64,000 bases of DNA from Polyangiaceae bacterium (GCA_044376115.1 JBILLK010000004.1:128001-192000); one strand, 5' to 3'. Counted from the stretch's first letter, positions 45,449-55,863 are shown. A program made the numbers and translations. Notes: generated by a model from the letters alone, not told the origin.

Positions 45449-46168
45449 TCAGCTGCAGCCGTCGACGCCGCAGGTTGCACCTTCGGGCGCGCTCTCCGCC
45501 TGCAGCTGCTCGCGCGCCGCTCGCTCGATCGCCCCTTTGAGGAGCTCAGCCGGCTGGGCGCCGGAGACCGCGTATTTCCCGCCGATCACGAAGAAGGGCA
45601 CACCGCGGATCCCGATCGAGCGGGCCTGCGCCTCGTCAGCTCGCACCTCTTTACTGAACTCGTCCGTCTCCAAGATGCGCTCGACGTCCGCCTGCGCCAG
45701 GCCGACCTCGAGGCTCATCCTCAGCAGCGCTTCGCGCTCGCCGATGGCCTCGCCTTCGCACAAGTAGCCGCGCATGAAGCGCTCTTTGAGCTTGTCCTGC
45801 AGCCCTCCTTGCGGGTCGCTCTCCAGGGCGAAGTGAAGCAGCCGATGAGCGTCGAAGGTGTTGCCCGGGCGAATTCGATCGAAGCGAAAGTCGAGCCCGT
45901 CCTTGGCCGCGACCTCGGTCATGGCGTCGATCATGTCTTGGGCTTGCTGTTTGGTGCGACCGTACTTTGCCGCGAGCTTCGCGACGTAGTCCACCTCGGC
46001 GGGCTGAACGCGGGGCGCCGCTGCATCGAGCTCGAAGGCGCGCCACACGAGGTCCACCTCGGGGGCCTCCTGCTCGAAGGCGCTCAGGGCGGACTCGAGC
46101 CGCCGTTTGCCGACGTAGCACCAAGGGCACGCGATGTCCGACCAGATCTCGATGCTGAGCTTCTTCAT
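45449..46168 (-). CDS. DsbA-family FrnE-like oxidoreductase
   Basis: WSDIACPWCYVGKRRL, NTFDAHRL, GVPFFV, SGAQP, C-terminal CGVDGC. Confidence 0.93.
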   Translation of the reverse strand: MKKLSIEIWSDIACPWCYVGKRRLESALSAFEQEAPEVDLVWRAFELDAAAPRVQPAEVDYVAKLAAKYGRTKQQAQDMIDAMTEVAAKDGLDFRFDRIRPGNTFDAHRLLHFALESDPQGGLQDKLKERFMRGYLCEGEAIGEREALLRMSLEVGLAQADVERILETDEFSKEVRADEAQARSIGIRGVPFFVIGGKYAVSGAQPAELLKGAIERAAREQLQAESAPEGATCGVDGCS

Positions 46169-46232
46169 CGGGCGTAGCTTGGCTCAGCTGCGCCTGGAGT
46201 CCAACCCAATGCGGGCCAGCAGCTCGCTAGGA

Positions 46233-47003
46233 TCAACGGCTGCGGGGCGCGTAGAACACCAGATGTTGCCAGGGCAGCTCGTCAAAGCTGCGAACCTCCA
46301 CAAAGCCGTTGGCCTCGAGCTCGAGCTTCATCTGGGCGCGAGACATCTTGTGCTCCGGCTTGATCGGCACCGTCTCGTCCTCGGCGCGGAACTCGAGCAA
46401 CGCGAGCGTGCCGCGAGGGCTCAACGCCTCGGCGAGGTGACGGAGCATTCCGGCCGGATCATCGAGCTCGTGGTAGACGTCCGCCAGCAGCACCAGATCG
46501 CACCCGCGCCTCGGCAAGCGAGGATCGACCCCCTGCCCGAGGATGGTCTCCACGTTGGGTAGCTTCGCCGCCTTGGCGCGCTCGCTGAGCAAGGCGAGCA
46601 TCTCCGGCTGGATGTCGACGGCGAGGGCCTTGCCTCCCGGAGCAACCATGCGCGCGAGCTCGAGCGTGTGGTAGCCGTTACCGGCTCCGACGTCACAAAC
46701 TACATCTCCCGGTTTGACGCCGAGCGCTGCCAACATGCGAGAGCCTTGCTCCTCGGCCTCGCGCTCGGGACGGGTTAGCCAGTCCGCGCCCTCGTGCGAC
46801 ATGGTCGGGGCGATCGCGCGGCCGAGGTAGAAGCCCGGCCGGTCCACCTTCGCGCCCTCGGCGCGCACCGAGCTGACGGACCGGGCTGAGCCAGCGCTGC
46901 CAACACGGCTCGCTTGGGGCGACATCTGCGCGCTCGCCGCATCCTGGCTGGAGGGCTGGCAGGCGAGCAGGAGCAGGATGAACGGGCACCACCGGCGAAC
47001 CAT
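46233..47003 (-). CDS. Class I SAM-dependent methyltransferase with lipoprotein-like signal
   Basis: VCDVGAGNGY, AVDIQ, DVYHE; N-terminal LLLAC. Confidence 0.88.
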   Translation of the reverse strand: MVRRWCPFILLLLACQPSSQDAASAQMSPQASRVGSAGSARSVSSVRAEGAKVDRPGFYLGRAIAPTMSHEGADWLTRPEREAEEQGSRMLAALGVKPGDVVCDVGAGNGYHTLELARMVAPGGKALAVDIQPEMLALLSERAKAAKLPNVETILGQGVDPRLPRRGCDLVLLADVYHELDDPAGMLRHLAEALSPRGTLALLEFRAEDETVPIKPEHKMSRAQMKLELEANGFVEVRSFDELPWQHLVFYAPRSR

Positions 47004-47115
47004 GCACAAGACGTAGCACCGTTGGCCAAAGCTGGCCGCTCGGCGGCACAGCGAACCGCCCCCTCCTTCTGATCGCTTCAAGCTGAAGCGACACTACCCC
47101 TCGAGGAGCTTTCAC

Positions 47116-47751
47116 ATGAGGGTTGATTCGGTTGTGCTCGCGTTTAGCGTCCTCTCCAGCGTGGGTTGCGCGGGAGGGATCGATGCGGCGCGCTTCAGCG
47201 AGGATGCGTGCTGCAGCTTGGAGCTCCCGGCATTGGGCAGCTTCGTGTTGCCCGAACCGGTCGACTTCGTCGAGATCCGCTATCTCTTCGATCCGGGCAC
47301 AGCCGGGGACAAGCGAGGCATGTCGTTCGGTACGCCCTGCAAAGACGCAACCACGCCCGAGTGTGAGCAGCAGCTGGCGACGACCGAGAGCACTACCGGC
47401 TGGCCCGCCGGCCGCTACCGCCGTTCGTATCTGCTGATCAACCGCGGCGAGACGGTATCGCTGGTGAACACGCTCGAGGGCCTGCGCGATTGGCTGGGCT
47501 CGATCGACAACGCGGCGGAAGCGATCTTCCTCGCCGCAGCCGAGTTGGACGGAAAGATCGTGTGTCAGCGCTACTCCACGCCGGTGAACAACGTGCTCGC
47601 GACGTCGAGCGGTTGGGAGCTGTACCTCGAGACCGGCAGCGGCTGCGGCGACGAAGCCTTCGACCGGCGGGTGTACGTGAGCAAAGACGGTGAGGTCGAG
47701 ATCCTCGAGTCCGACCGGATCGCCGACGACAACGACTTCTGCGGTGGATGA
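47116..47751 (+). CDS. Hypothetical Cys-containing lipoprotein
   Basis: GAGGAG RBS; SVGC lipobox; LGSIDNAAEAIFLA. Confidence 0.75.
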   Translation: MRVDSVVLAFSVLSSVGCAGGIDAARFSEDACCSLELPALGSFVLPEPVDFVEIRYLFDPGTAGDKRGMSFGTPCKDATTPECEQQLATTESTTGWPAGRYRRSYLLINRGETVSLVNTLEGLRDWLGSIDNAAEAIFLAAAELDGKIVCQRYSTPVNNVLATSSGWELYLETGSGCGDEAFDRRVYVSKDGEVEILESDRIADDNDFCGG

Positions 47752-47767
47752 CGGCGGCGCGTGATGG

Positions 47768-48829
47768 CTAGCGCGCGCAGGCGTCGGTAACGCCGCCGCG
47801 GCACGCCAGCTCGAGCAGCTGGTTCGCCTTGGCGTCGTTCTTGGGAACACCGAGGCCCTTGCGGTACATCAGGGCCGCGTTGAGGCAGCCTTGCACCTTG
47901 TCCACGGTGCATACGCGTTCAAACATTTCGGTGGCCCGCGGCAGGTCTTCAGGAACTTCTCGGCCTTGAAGAAAGATGACGCCGAGGTTGAAACAGCCGG
48001 ACGTGTGCTCCTTGGTACAGGCACGTTCGGACCAGTCCACGGCCTTGACGCGGCTCGCCGTCACGCCGCGCCCTTCGACGTACATCGCGCCGAGGTTCGA
48101 GCAGCCGAAGAGTACGCCACCTTCGCATGAACGCTGGAAAAGCTTGGCCGCTCGAGCGTCGTCGCGCGCGAGCTCACCACCTTGAGCGAGCATCGTGCCC
48201 AGGTTGTAACAAGCCGTCGGCTGGCCTGCTTCGCACGCGCGCTCATAGAGCGCACCGGCCTTAACGGGGTCCTTGGAAACGCCGCGGCCCTGTGCGGTCA
48301 GCCGACCAAGGTGGAAACAGCCGTCCGCCGCGCCGGCTTCACAGGAGCGCTGATAGAGTTCGGCTGCGTGGGCCTCGTCGACGAAGATCCCGCGGCCTTG
48401 CTCATAGATGGTGCCCAAGCTCGAACAGGCCTTCGCTTCTCCGCCTTCACACGCTTGGGCAAACAACCGTGAAGCACGATCTTGGTCCGTGGCAGGGCGC
48501 TTCGGGTCGGAAAGGAGCACCGCCAGGTTGTAACAACCGGCGGCGATGTCGCCGTCGCACGCGCGCTCAAAGAACGGAACAGCCTTCGCCTCGTCCTTCG
48601 CGACTCCGCGCCCTGTCGCATAGTCCAGTCCGCGGTGCGCGCACGCGACCGCATCCCCTTTCAAACACGCCTCGTCATTCGACGGAGGCGACGTCGAGGC
48701 CGAAGGCGCAGCGGTCGGACCGGGCGCGGTTGGGCTGACGGCAGCTGCGTCGCCGTGGTCACATCCTGCTGCGGCGAGCAAAGCAAACAACCATGAACTC
48801 GCGACCGCCAGCCGCGCTGCGAAGATCAC
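47768..48829 (-). CDS. Sel1-like repeat (Cys-rich, Hcp-type) lipoprotein
   Basis: About 8 repeats of AC..G...GC.NLG..Y..GRGV..D...A...F. Confidence 0.92.
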   Translation of the reverse strand: MIFAARLAVASSWLFALLAAAGCDHGDAAAVSPTAPGPTAAPSASTSPPSNDEACLKGDAVACAHRGLDYATGRGVAKDEAKAVPFFERACDGDIAAGCYNLAVLLSDPKRPATDQDRASRLFAQACEGGEAKACSSLGTIYEQGRGIFVDEAHAAELYQRSCEAGAADGCFHLGRLTAQGRGVSKDPVKAGALYERACEAGQPTACYNLGTMLAQGGELARDDARAAKLFQRSCEGGVLFGCSNLGAMYVEGRGVTASRVKAVDWSERACTKEHTSGCFNLGVIFLQGREVPEDLPRATEMFERVCTVDKVQGCLNAALMYRKGLGVPKNDAKANQLLELACRGGVTDACAR

Positions 48830-48924
48830 GAACTTACCTTAACCAACCGCGCGCCGAAAACCGACATGCCTCCTTACGCGTAAGCAGCCGAGCGGTTGCA
48901 ACGCGCGTCGCAGGAAGCTGCAAC

Positions 48925-50016
48925 TCAGGCGAGCGCCAAGAACTCGCGCATTCGCTCGAGCTCCTGCTCGAGCTCCCGCCGAAAGAGCGCCTCGCGCGGC
49001 GGCTTGCCGGCGTCGTAGCCGAACTCAGCCTGCAGCGCTCCGTCGCTGACCGAGAGGTTGCCCCAGCCGATCACCCGATCGCGATAAAGCAACGGCAAGG
49101 CGTAGTAACCACGCACCCGCTTCTCAACCGGCGTGTACGCCTCGAAGCGATAGGCAAAGCCGAAGAAAGTCTCGAAGCGTTCACGGTCCCACACGATCGG
49201 ATCGAAGGGAGCGAGCAGCCGTACAGCCTCATCCCCCTCGCCTACTCGCGACGGTGATTCACCGTGCGGCCAACACCACGTTTGGCCCTCGATCGTGGCT
49301 TGCGGCAAGCGCTCGCGAGCCCGCGCAACGGCGGCTTTGAACGCACCATTGGCGTGCAGCGCTGGCGCGGCATAGCGCATCGTCCGCAGCAAAACGCCGA
49401 GCCCGCGGAAGGTGGTCGGTGCGTACTTTTTGAGCAATAGATCGATCAGCGCATCGGCCCGCTCAGCTTCGCTAAGCGCAGTCTGCGGCGGCTCGACGGC
49501 TGCATACACGCGCTGGCCATTCACCCGCAGCGCCACGCGCAAACGGCCCTGATAGTGAAGTCGCTCCATCAGCTGGGTGACCGCGTTGGAGGTGCCGCCC
49601 CAAGCGTTGGTGCGCCGGCCGAGGCTTAGTTCATCGGCGAGCTCGTGCGCGCGACTCGGTCCGCGTTCACGCAAGAGCGCGAGCAGCCGCTGGGCATGCT
49701 TCTCGTCGGTGGCGGTAAAGGCGCGACGCGGCGTTCGTGGTTGCAATAGCGCCACGTGCTCACGCGGAACAAAGCCGTAGTTGACGAACAGCTCCTCCTC
49801 GATCGCCAGGCGCGGGTAACGCCGCTCGAGATCGCCCGCGCGATAGTTGGTCACGCGCAGCCGAAGGATCAGATCTTGGGCGCGCGCGGGCGCACGAATC
49901 GGATCGGCCTGCACGAAGCCGAGCTTGCGAATGGCGGTGAGCAGCGTGGTCGGCCGAAACAGCGTGCGACGCACCGCATAGCGCCGCAGCGTATCGAGCG
50001 TGAGCGGGCTAGCCAC
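48925..50016 (-). CDS. YcaQ/AlkZ-family (HTH_42) DNA crosslink repair glycosylase
   Basis: LGFVQADPI..PARAQDLIL..R, LLAPFDPIVWDRER, YRFEAYTP..KR..GYYALP. Confidence 0.9.
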   Translation of the reverse strand: MASPLTLDTLRRYAVRRTLFRPTTLLTAIRKLGFVQADPIRAPARAQDLILRLRVTNYRAGDLERRYPRLAIEEELFVNYGFVPREHVALLQPRTPRRAFTATDEKHAQRLLALLRERGPSRAHELADELSLGRRTNAWGGTSNAVTQLMERLHYQGRLRVALRVNGQRVYAAVEPPQTALSEAERADALIDLLLKKYAPTTFRGLGVLLRTMRYAAPALHANGAFKAAVARARERLPQATIEGQTWCWPHGESPSRVGEGDEAVRLLAPFDPIVWDRERFETFFGFAYRFEAYTPVEKRVRGYYALPLLYRDRVIGWGNLSVSDGALQAEFGYDAGKPPREALFRRELEQELERMREFLALA

Positions 50017-51259
50017 GCCGCTGGCCTTGCACCGCTTCGGCCTCGGTCGCTTCAGCCTCGTCCGATTCGAACTCGCGCTCTTGGGCCTTGCTCAACGCCG
50101 ACCCGAGCGCCTCACGCAGCGATCGCTCGGCGGTGGTGCTCACGGCGATGCGCACCTTCGCGCGCCCCGCCTTCGACTCAGCGAGGGCGTGCGCTGCAGC
50201 CACGCGGTCTTCCGAAGCGGCGTTCGGATCGAGCACCAGCGCGCTCACCGCCTCCGGCGCAATGTGCCCTTGTCGATAGCCGGCCTCCCCTTCGAGCACC
50301 GCTTTTGCCGCACGTACCCGCTCAGCCTGCGAACCGCTGAGTGTAAGCGGCGCGCCGTGCGCAGCAGAGGCAGCGCGCGCTTGCTCGATGCGTGCGGCAA
50401 GTCGTTCGGGCGTATCGGCAGCGATCGAGTCGGTGGCCATCGGAAGACGCAAGGGGGCTTTGCGCCCACGCACCTCGATCTCGATGCCTCCGGCCTCCAT
50501 CACCACGCTCCTGCCGCGAAAGGGCGTCACACGCGTGATCTGCGCCCACGGAATGAACTCGGTCTTTCCGAGCCTACGGACACTCAAGCCATCCAGCCCA
50601 ACCGAGCACACCACCGGAACCGCGGCGCTCAAGGCCAGCAGCCCGAAAAAGCCCACGACCAGCACCAGCAGCTGCGGGGCCGGCCACCCCGCTGCCACCC
50701 ATTGCAGCATGACCGCAATCATCAGCAGCGAGCCAGCGATCACGCTAGGGACGAACCAGCGCTTGCCCAGCCACTCTGACTGCGCGACGAAGTGAGCGGT
50801 GCGCATTTCGGCGTCGAGCCCGAGCTGCGTCAGCAGGCTTTGCGCTTCAGCCGCGTCACGGAAATGCAACACCGTTGGCTCGCGCCAACGCTCAGAGCGC
50901 AACTGCAGCTCCACGCCGTCCGCGACCGGCTGCAACGCGCCTTGCGTCAGCGCCTTACGTCGCAAGCGCCGGCCGCCGACGTGAAGGAACTCGGCCTCGA
51001 GCTCCACCTTCGATGGCTGACCGCGCAAGAGCGGAGCGTCGGTGAAGCGCACCGCGCCGAGGATCAGACCCGTAACCGCGATCAAGCCGGAACCAATGCT
51101 GTAGAGATCGCCCGCGCCCAATAGCGCCGGCACGAGCGAGACGCCGCTCAAGACCATCAGCGCGAGCGGCAACCGCAACGAGCGCAGCTCGCGTCGCACC
51201 AGCGAAGCCTCGAGCGTTGGCTTCGCAAGCGGCGCTTCTTTCGCCGACGGCTCACTCAC
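50009..51259 (-). CDS. Hypothetical membrane protein (two TM hairpins with bPH-like segments)
   Basis: Four TM helices; start GTG 51259 overlaps the upstream stop (GTGA). Confidence 0.7.
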   Translation of the reverse strand: MSEPSAKEAPLAKPTLEASLVRRELRSLRLPLALMVLSGVSLVPALLGAGDLYSIGSGLIAVTGLILGAVRFTDAPLLRGQPSKVELEAEFLHVGGRRLRRKALTQGALQPVADGVELQLRSERWREPTVLHFRDAAEAQSLLTQLGLDAEMRTAHFVAQSEWLGKRWFVPSVIAGSLLMIAVMLQWVAAGWPAPQLLVLVVGFFGLLALSAAVPVVCSVGLDGLSVRRLGKTEFIPWAQITRVTPFRGRSVVMEAGGIEIEVRGRKAPLRLPMATDSIAADTPERLAARIEQARAASAAHGAPLTLSGSQAERVRAAKAVLEGEAGYRQGHIAPEAVSALVLDPNAASEDRVAAAHALAESKAGRAKVRIAVSTTAERSLREALGSALSKAQEREFESDEAEATEAEAVQGQRRG

Positions 51260-52593
51260 GGCTTCGACTTCGGCTTTGGCTCGCCCGTCTTCGGCTTCGG
51301 CTCGTTCGGCTTCTGCTTCTTCCCGCTCAGGTGGCCGCCTGTAAGACCGCCCAGTCCAATGCCGGGGGTCATCGGCGGCGGCGTCACTTTGACGAGGGCG
51401 CTGCGGGCAGCGCAGCAGCGCATCGTTTGAGCGGAGCGCTCGATCGAAGGTCCAAGAAGGAACGGCGAGTCGATCGCGATGGTAACCTGCAAACACGGCT
51501 CGGCCTTCTCCTCGACGCGATGCGAGGTCTTGAGCGTGAGGGCGCTCTTGCCGAGGTCACAAGTAAGCTTGCTGCCACGCGGAAGCACCCAGTGCGGCTC
51601 GTTCATCATGCCAAGCCCGCCGAAGCCCAGGCCGTTGCCGAATAAGGCCCCGACGCCCGGTTTGGGCGGAGTCACCGCGTTGTTCGGCGCCGAGACCGTC
51701 GCGGAGATACAGCGGCCGTCGAGCAAGCCGAGGGTACGATCCCCGCGCGATTCCACCCGAGCGATGGTGTTTGCGAAGGGAACACCGCTCAGGTCGATCG
51801 GTCGTCCTGCGAGCCGCACGTCCTCGACGCCGCTCAGAATGAACTTGCCCTCAGAAGGTGACACCTCGGGGACTCTTGTTGGAAGCGAAGCGAAAGAGTG
51901 CCCCACGCTGACGTCGCTTGGGACGAGCGCCAAGCCTCCGCCCACCCGCACCAGGACGCCTTCCGCTGCCTTCAGGAGGTTGGCGCCCGGGAGCAAAAGC
52001 ACGCTCGAGCCATCCTCGAACGTCCGCTCAAAACGCTTGGTCACCACCGGCGCAAGATCCTTCCGCCGCACGAACAGTCGCAGGTCCACATTGGCCTCGT
52101 GGTTCGTGAATTGATCGACGCCGAGCGTGAGTAGGCTGCAGCCAAAATCGAGATTCAGCGCGTCCGCGTAGGGCGACCCCGAGACCTCGAGGAAATCGCC
52201 ATGCACCTTCAGAATGCGCAGCGGCACCGTTGCGTCGAGCTGCGCCTGCCTGCTCCCCTTCTTGAAGGTCGCAAGCTTGAAGCTACGCGACTCGACCTTC
52301 GGCTCGACGAACCAGTCGGCATCACCCCACACGGTGGCGAAACCGGCGAGCGCTTCCTCGGCAGGAGCGCCCGTCGGAGCGACGGCGAGGTCAGCGAGTG
52401 GTGTGGGCGGAGCCGGCTTAGGCACGGAAGCCGCGGCTCCCGAAGGCGCGCCGGCAGGCTGGGACAACGAAGGAGCAGGCGACGCAAGCGCTGCAGTCTC
52501 CGCTGTTTGCCCAACCGGCGCAGGTTCGATCGAAGCGCCGCACGCTGTTAGGCCGCTGAGCCACCAAAGGAGCCAACGCATCGACGAGCTCAT
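51256..52593 (-). CDS. Hypothetical lipoprotein
   Basis: LTAC lipobox; ATGA overlap with the upstream gene (alternative start 52581); Lys/Pro tail. Confidence 0.7.
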   Translation of the reverse strand: MSSSMRWLLWWLSGLTACGASIEPAPVGQTAETAALASPAPSLSQPAGAPSGAAASVPKPAPPTPLADLAVAPTGAPAEEALAGFATVWGDADWFVEPKVESRSFKLATFKKGSRQAQLDATVPLRILKVHGDFLEVSGSPYADALNLDFGCSLLTLGVDQFTNHEANVDLRLFVRRKDLAPVVTKRFERTFEDGSSVLLLPGANLLKAAEGVLVRVGGGLALVPSDVSVGHSFASLPTRVPEVSPSEGKFILSGVEDVRLAGRPIDLSGVPFANTIARVESRGDRTLGLLDGRCISATVSAPNNAVTPPKPGVGALFGNGLGFGGLGMMNEPHWVLPRGSKLTCDLGKSALTLKTSHRVEEKAEPCLQVTIAIDSPFLLGPSIERSAQTMRCCAARSALVKVTPPPMTPGIGLGGLTGGHLSGKKQKPNEPKPKTGEPKPKSKP

Positions 52594-53141
52594 CCCGGTT
52601 GCGGAAAGCCGTTGAAGCACCACTGTTGGAAGTCGGCGCTCACGTTGGTAACGATCTCCACCGTCTGCTCACAATTGTTGGGGTCCACCACCGAGGTCAG
52701 GGCCGGAGTGTTATTGCAGGCAGGTACGCAGAAGTTCGTGAAGAAGGTTTGCTCGTCCGCCGACCCAGTGAAGCCGGGGCAGTTCTGATCTTGCAGGCCG
52801 CAGCCGTAGAGCACCTTGCAGGCCTCTTCGCATACGCTGCTGCTTCCGCCTGCTCCGCCGGTGTTTGCACCACCCGAACTCGAGCCGCCAGTGCTGGTTC
52901 CACCGCCTACGCTCGACCCTCCGGTGCTCGTTCCGCCGCCAGTGTTTGAACCGCCGGTGCTGGTCCCCGCACCGGTATTGGTGCCAGCGCCGGTATTGGT
53001 ACCAGCGCCAGTATTCGTACCCGCGCCGGTAGCGCCCGTGCCACCCGAGCCGTCGTCTCCGTCTGGCTCGAAGACGACGTTTCCACCGCACGAAATGAGC
53101 ACGGTGCAAAGCAAGATGCGCGCGTTCTTGAGTACGACCAT
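52590..53141 (-). CDS. Gly/Thr-repeat, Cys-rich lipoprotein
   Basis: LISC lipobox; GAGTNT hexapeptide repeats; 8-Cys C-terminal domain. Confidence 0.75.
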   Translation of the reverse strand: MVVLKNARILLCTVLISCGGNVVFEPDGDDGSGGTGATGAGTNTGAGTNTGAGTNTGAGTSTGGSNTGGGTSTGGSSVGGGTSTGGSSSGGANTGGAGGSSSVCEEACKVLYGCGLQDQNCPGFTGSADEQTFFTNFCVPACNNTPALTSVVDPNNCEQTVEIVTNVSADFQQWCFNGFPQPG

Positions 53142-53190
53142 GCGCCGGATGCTGGCATGGATCCCGACGCGGCGGTAGCGGCCGCGACGA

Positions 53191-55863
53191 CTAGAAAGCG
53201 TTGCCGATCGTGAACTCGAACACGCTGGTTTCTTCGTACTCGAGCGGGTTGAACGGGAAGCCCCACTCGAAGCGCAGCGGCCCGAGCGGCGAATTCCAAC
53301 GCAGACCAAAGCCCCAGCTGGTGCGGACGTCCAGCAGGCTCTCGGGGCCGAAGCAAGGGTCGGTCACGTCGTCGGGCGAGGCCGGCGCAGCGTCACAGTA
53401 CAGGTCCTCGAAGTTCCAGGCGTTACCGAGATCGGTGAACACCACACCGCGCAGCTGCACAGCCTCGACGATCGGGAACTCGATCTCGACGTTCTGGTAG
53501 TACATCAGGTTGCCGCCGATGTTGGCGCCGTTGCGGATCGGGTCACTGTTCTCGTCGAGCGACTCACGCAGCGGCAACCGCGGCCCGACGGTGCGCAGGC
53601 GGAAGCCACGCAGATCGAAGATGCCGCCGAGGAAGAAGCGACCGTAGATCGGCACGCCGGTGGCGTCGGGGCTGGTGACTGCGCCGAACTCGTTGTTGTA
53701 GCGGAAGATGATAGAGTCGGTGATCGCGTAGTAACCGCGGAAGTTACCGCGGTACTTGATGAACTGGTTCTCGCTGCCGAGAAAGCCCATCGCGAGCTCG
53801 GCCGAGAGATTGAGGTAAACGCCCGAGGTCGGGAACAGCTGGTTGTTGCGCATGTCGAGCGTGAGGCTCGGCTTGAGGCTGGAGGTCAGACCGTCGTTGA
53901 ACAGGTTGGCCAGCGGCAGCTTCTTGAACACGCTGACTGAGCTCGCCGTGCCGAAGAAGGTCGACGTCGTCGAGGTCGAGATCTCGTCGTTCTGCAGGGT
54001 GTAGGTGACGGACGCGCGCAGCTCCGGCTGGATGATCGGGTAGCCGAGGGTGAGCGCTCCACCGAGCGAGTTCTGCGAGAACTGATCGTAGAGGTTGAGC
54101 CGGTCATAAAGGCTGATCGCCCCGGAGATATCGGTGTCGAACAAGTACGGCTCGACCAAGCGGAAGTCGATCAACTGGCGCAGACCGCTGATCTGAGCCT
54201 GCAGCGCAAAGGACTGACCGTTGCCGAAGAGGTTGGCTTGCTGAATCTGCGCAGTGGCGATGAAGCTCTCGATGCTGCTGAAACCAGCGCCGATTTGGAA
54301 GGTGCCGGTCGGCTTCTCGACCACCTCGATGTTGACATTGATCAGGTCGTCGTTCTCGCCTTGCTCGGTCGCCAGATCCACGCGATCGAAGTAGCCGAGC
54401 TGGGCGATGCGACGCTTGCTGCGTTCGAGCGACGTCTCGCTGAACAGCTTACGCTCCTCGATCTCGAGCTCACGACGGATCACGCGGTCACGCGTCTTGG
54501 TGTTGCCACGCACCTCGATGCGGCCGAAGTAAACGAGGTTCTTGCGCTGAATACCGATGCGCAGATCCACCTCTTTGCTGTCGGGATCCACGTCGTTGTC
54601 GAGCGGGACCTCCACGTTGGCGTAGCCTTTGTCGCGGTAAAGCCGCTGAACGTTGCCGATGTCCTTTGCGATGGAGGCGCGGTTGAAGAAGTCACCCGGC
54701 TTGGCGCGGATCATCTCGCGCAGCGCACGCCGACCGCCGAGCGGCTCGGTCTCTTTGCCGTCCGCATCGCGCTCGTAGATCGTCACCGAGCGGACCTTGA
54801 AGCGCGGCCCCTCGTTGATCGGGATGGTGATTTCGATGCCGGTGCGATCCGGCGTGATCTGCACGCGGGGCGTAGCCACCGAGACCGCCAAAAAACCGCG
54901 ATCGTAATAGAGCGAGTTGATCACCAGCACGTCGCGCTCGAAGGCGTCTGCGCGGAAGGACGCGCCCGCTCCGAAATCGAAGAAGGTGGTCTGGCCGGTG
55001 ATCATCAGCTCGCGCAGCACGCCGTCGGAGATGTTGTGATTGCCGACGAAGTTGATGCGCCGGATGGTCACCTGCTCGTGCTCGCGGATCTTGAACTTGA
55101 GCGCGACCTCGTTGTCTTTGGGCGGTGAATCCACCGACTCGACCTCGGCCAGGAAGAAGCCCTCTTCAGCGTATTTATCGCGCAGCTTTTGGACGCCGCG
55201 GCGGACGGCTGAGTAGGAGAGCACGCTGCCGACCTTGACCTCGGCGCTCAGCGCCTCGGTCAGCTCCTCAGCGTCGAGGGCGCTGTTACCCTCGAATTCG
55301 ACCGACTTGATGCTCGGCCGCTCAATCACGGTGAAGCGCAAGTCGATGCTGGCTTCACGGCGGTTCAGGTCGACCTTGATGTCGGAGAAGTAGAGTGAAC
55401 GCCACATCTCCTTCACGTCTTGCGCGAGCCCTTCGGGGCTGAAGATCTGGCCCTCGCGCGAGTTTCGAATAAGCGCTTCAATATCTTCGACCGGCAAACG
55501 GGTCTGACCCGTGACGGTGACCTTGTCGATGGTCATCCCGCGCGCGAGCTCGCCTTCGGTCGGCGGGAGTGGGGGCAATTCCGCCACGGTGCGCGGAGGC
55601 TGGCCGGCCGGGGGCTGGCCCGCTGGCGGCTGAGCACTGGCCGAAGGCGCCGCGCTCGCCGCAGGCGCCGCCGAAGCCGAAGGCGCGGCGCTAGCCGAAG
55701 GCACGGGTTGCGCCCAACTCTCGCTCGTTCCGAGCAGCACAGCGAACGTACTGCTGATCAAGGCGAACAGAGGCAAAGACCTTCGCAGGCACGAGGCAGC
55801 GACGAGCGCTGCCCACGGCTCAACGAAGAACGAACGAACTCTGGGTTGGGTCTGGTCGGGCAT
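53191..55863 (-). CDS. bamA: Outer membrane protein assembly factor BamA
   Basis: POTRA repeats, GNTKTRDRVIRRE, LGYF, LRGF, WNSPLGPLRF, terminal FTIGNAF. Confidence 0.96.
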   Translation of the reverse strand: MPDQTQPRVRSFFVEPWAALVAASCLRRSLPLFALISSTFAVLLGTSESWAQPVPSASAAPSASAAPAASAAPSASAQPPAGQPPAGQPPRTVAELPPLPPTEGELARGMTIDKVTVTGQTRLPVEDIEALIRNSREGQIFSPEGLAQDVKEMWRSLYFSDIKVDLNRREASIDLRFTVIERPSIKSVEFEGNSALDAEELTEALSAEVKVGSVLSYSAVRRGVQKLRDKYAEEGFFLAEVESVDSPPKDNEVALKFKIREHEQVTIRRINFVGNHNISDGVLRELMITGQTTFFDFGAGASFRADAFERDVLVINSLYYDRGFLAVSVATPRVQITPDRTGIEITIPINEGPRFKVRSVTIYERDADGKETEPLGGRRALREMIRAKPGDFFNRASIAKDIGNVQRLYRDKGYANVEVPLDNDVDPDSKEVDLRIGIQRKNLVYFGRIEVRGNTKTRDRVIRRELEIEERKLFSETSLERSKRRIAQLGYFDRVDLATEQGENDDLINVNIEVVEKPTGTFQIGAGFSSIESFIATAQIQQANLFGNGQSFALQAQISGLRQLIDFRLVEPYLFDTDISGAISLYDRLNLYDQFSQNSLGGALTLGYPIIQPELRASVTYTLQNDEISTSTTSTFFGTASSVSVFKKLPLANLFNDGLTSSLKPSLTLDMRNNQLFPTSGVYLNLSAELAMGFLGSENQFIKYRGNFRGYYAITDSIIFRYNNEFGAVTSPDATGVPIYGRFFLGGIFDLRGFRLRTVGPRLPLRESLDENSDPIRNGANIGGNLMYYQNVEIEFPIVEAVQLRGVVFTDLGNAWNFEDLYCDAAPASPDDVTDPCFGPESLLDVRTSWGFGLRWNSPLGPLRFEWGFPFNPLEYEETSVFEFTIGNAF

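Noticed and set aside
51260..51496. Extended start of the 50009 membrane protein
   Set aside because: It overlaps the upstream gene; the GTGA-coupled start at 51259 is more parsimonious.
38395..53141. Integron-like cassette array
   Set aside because: Genes alternate strands, I saw no RYYYAAC...GTTRRRY attC sites, and there is no integrase.
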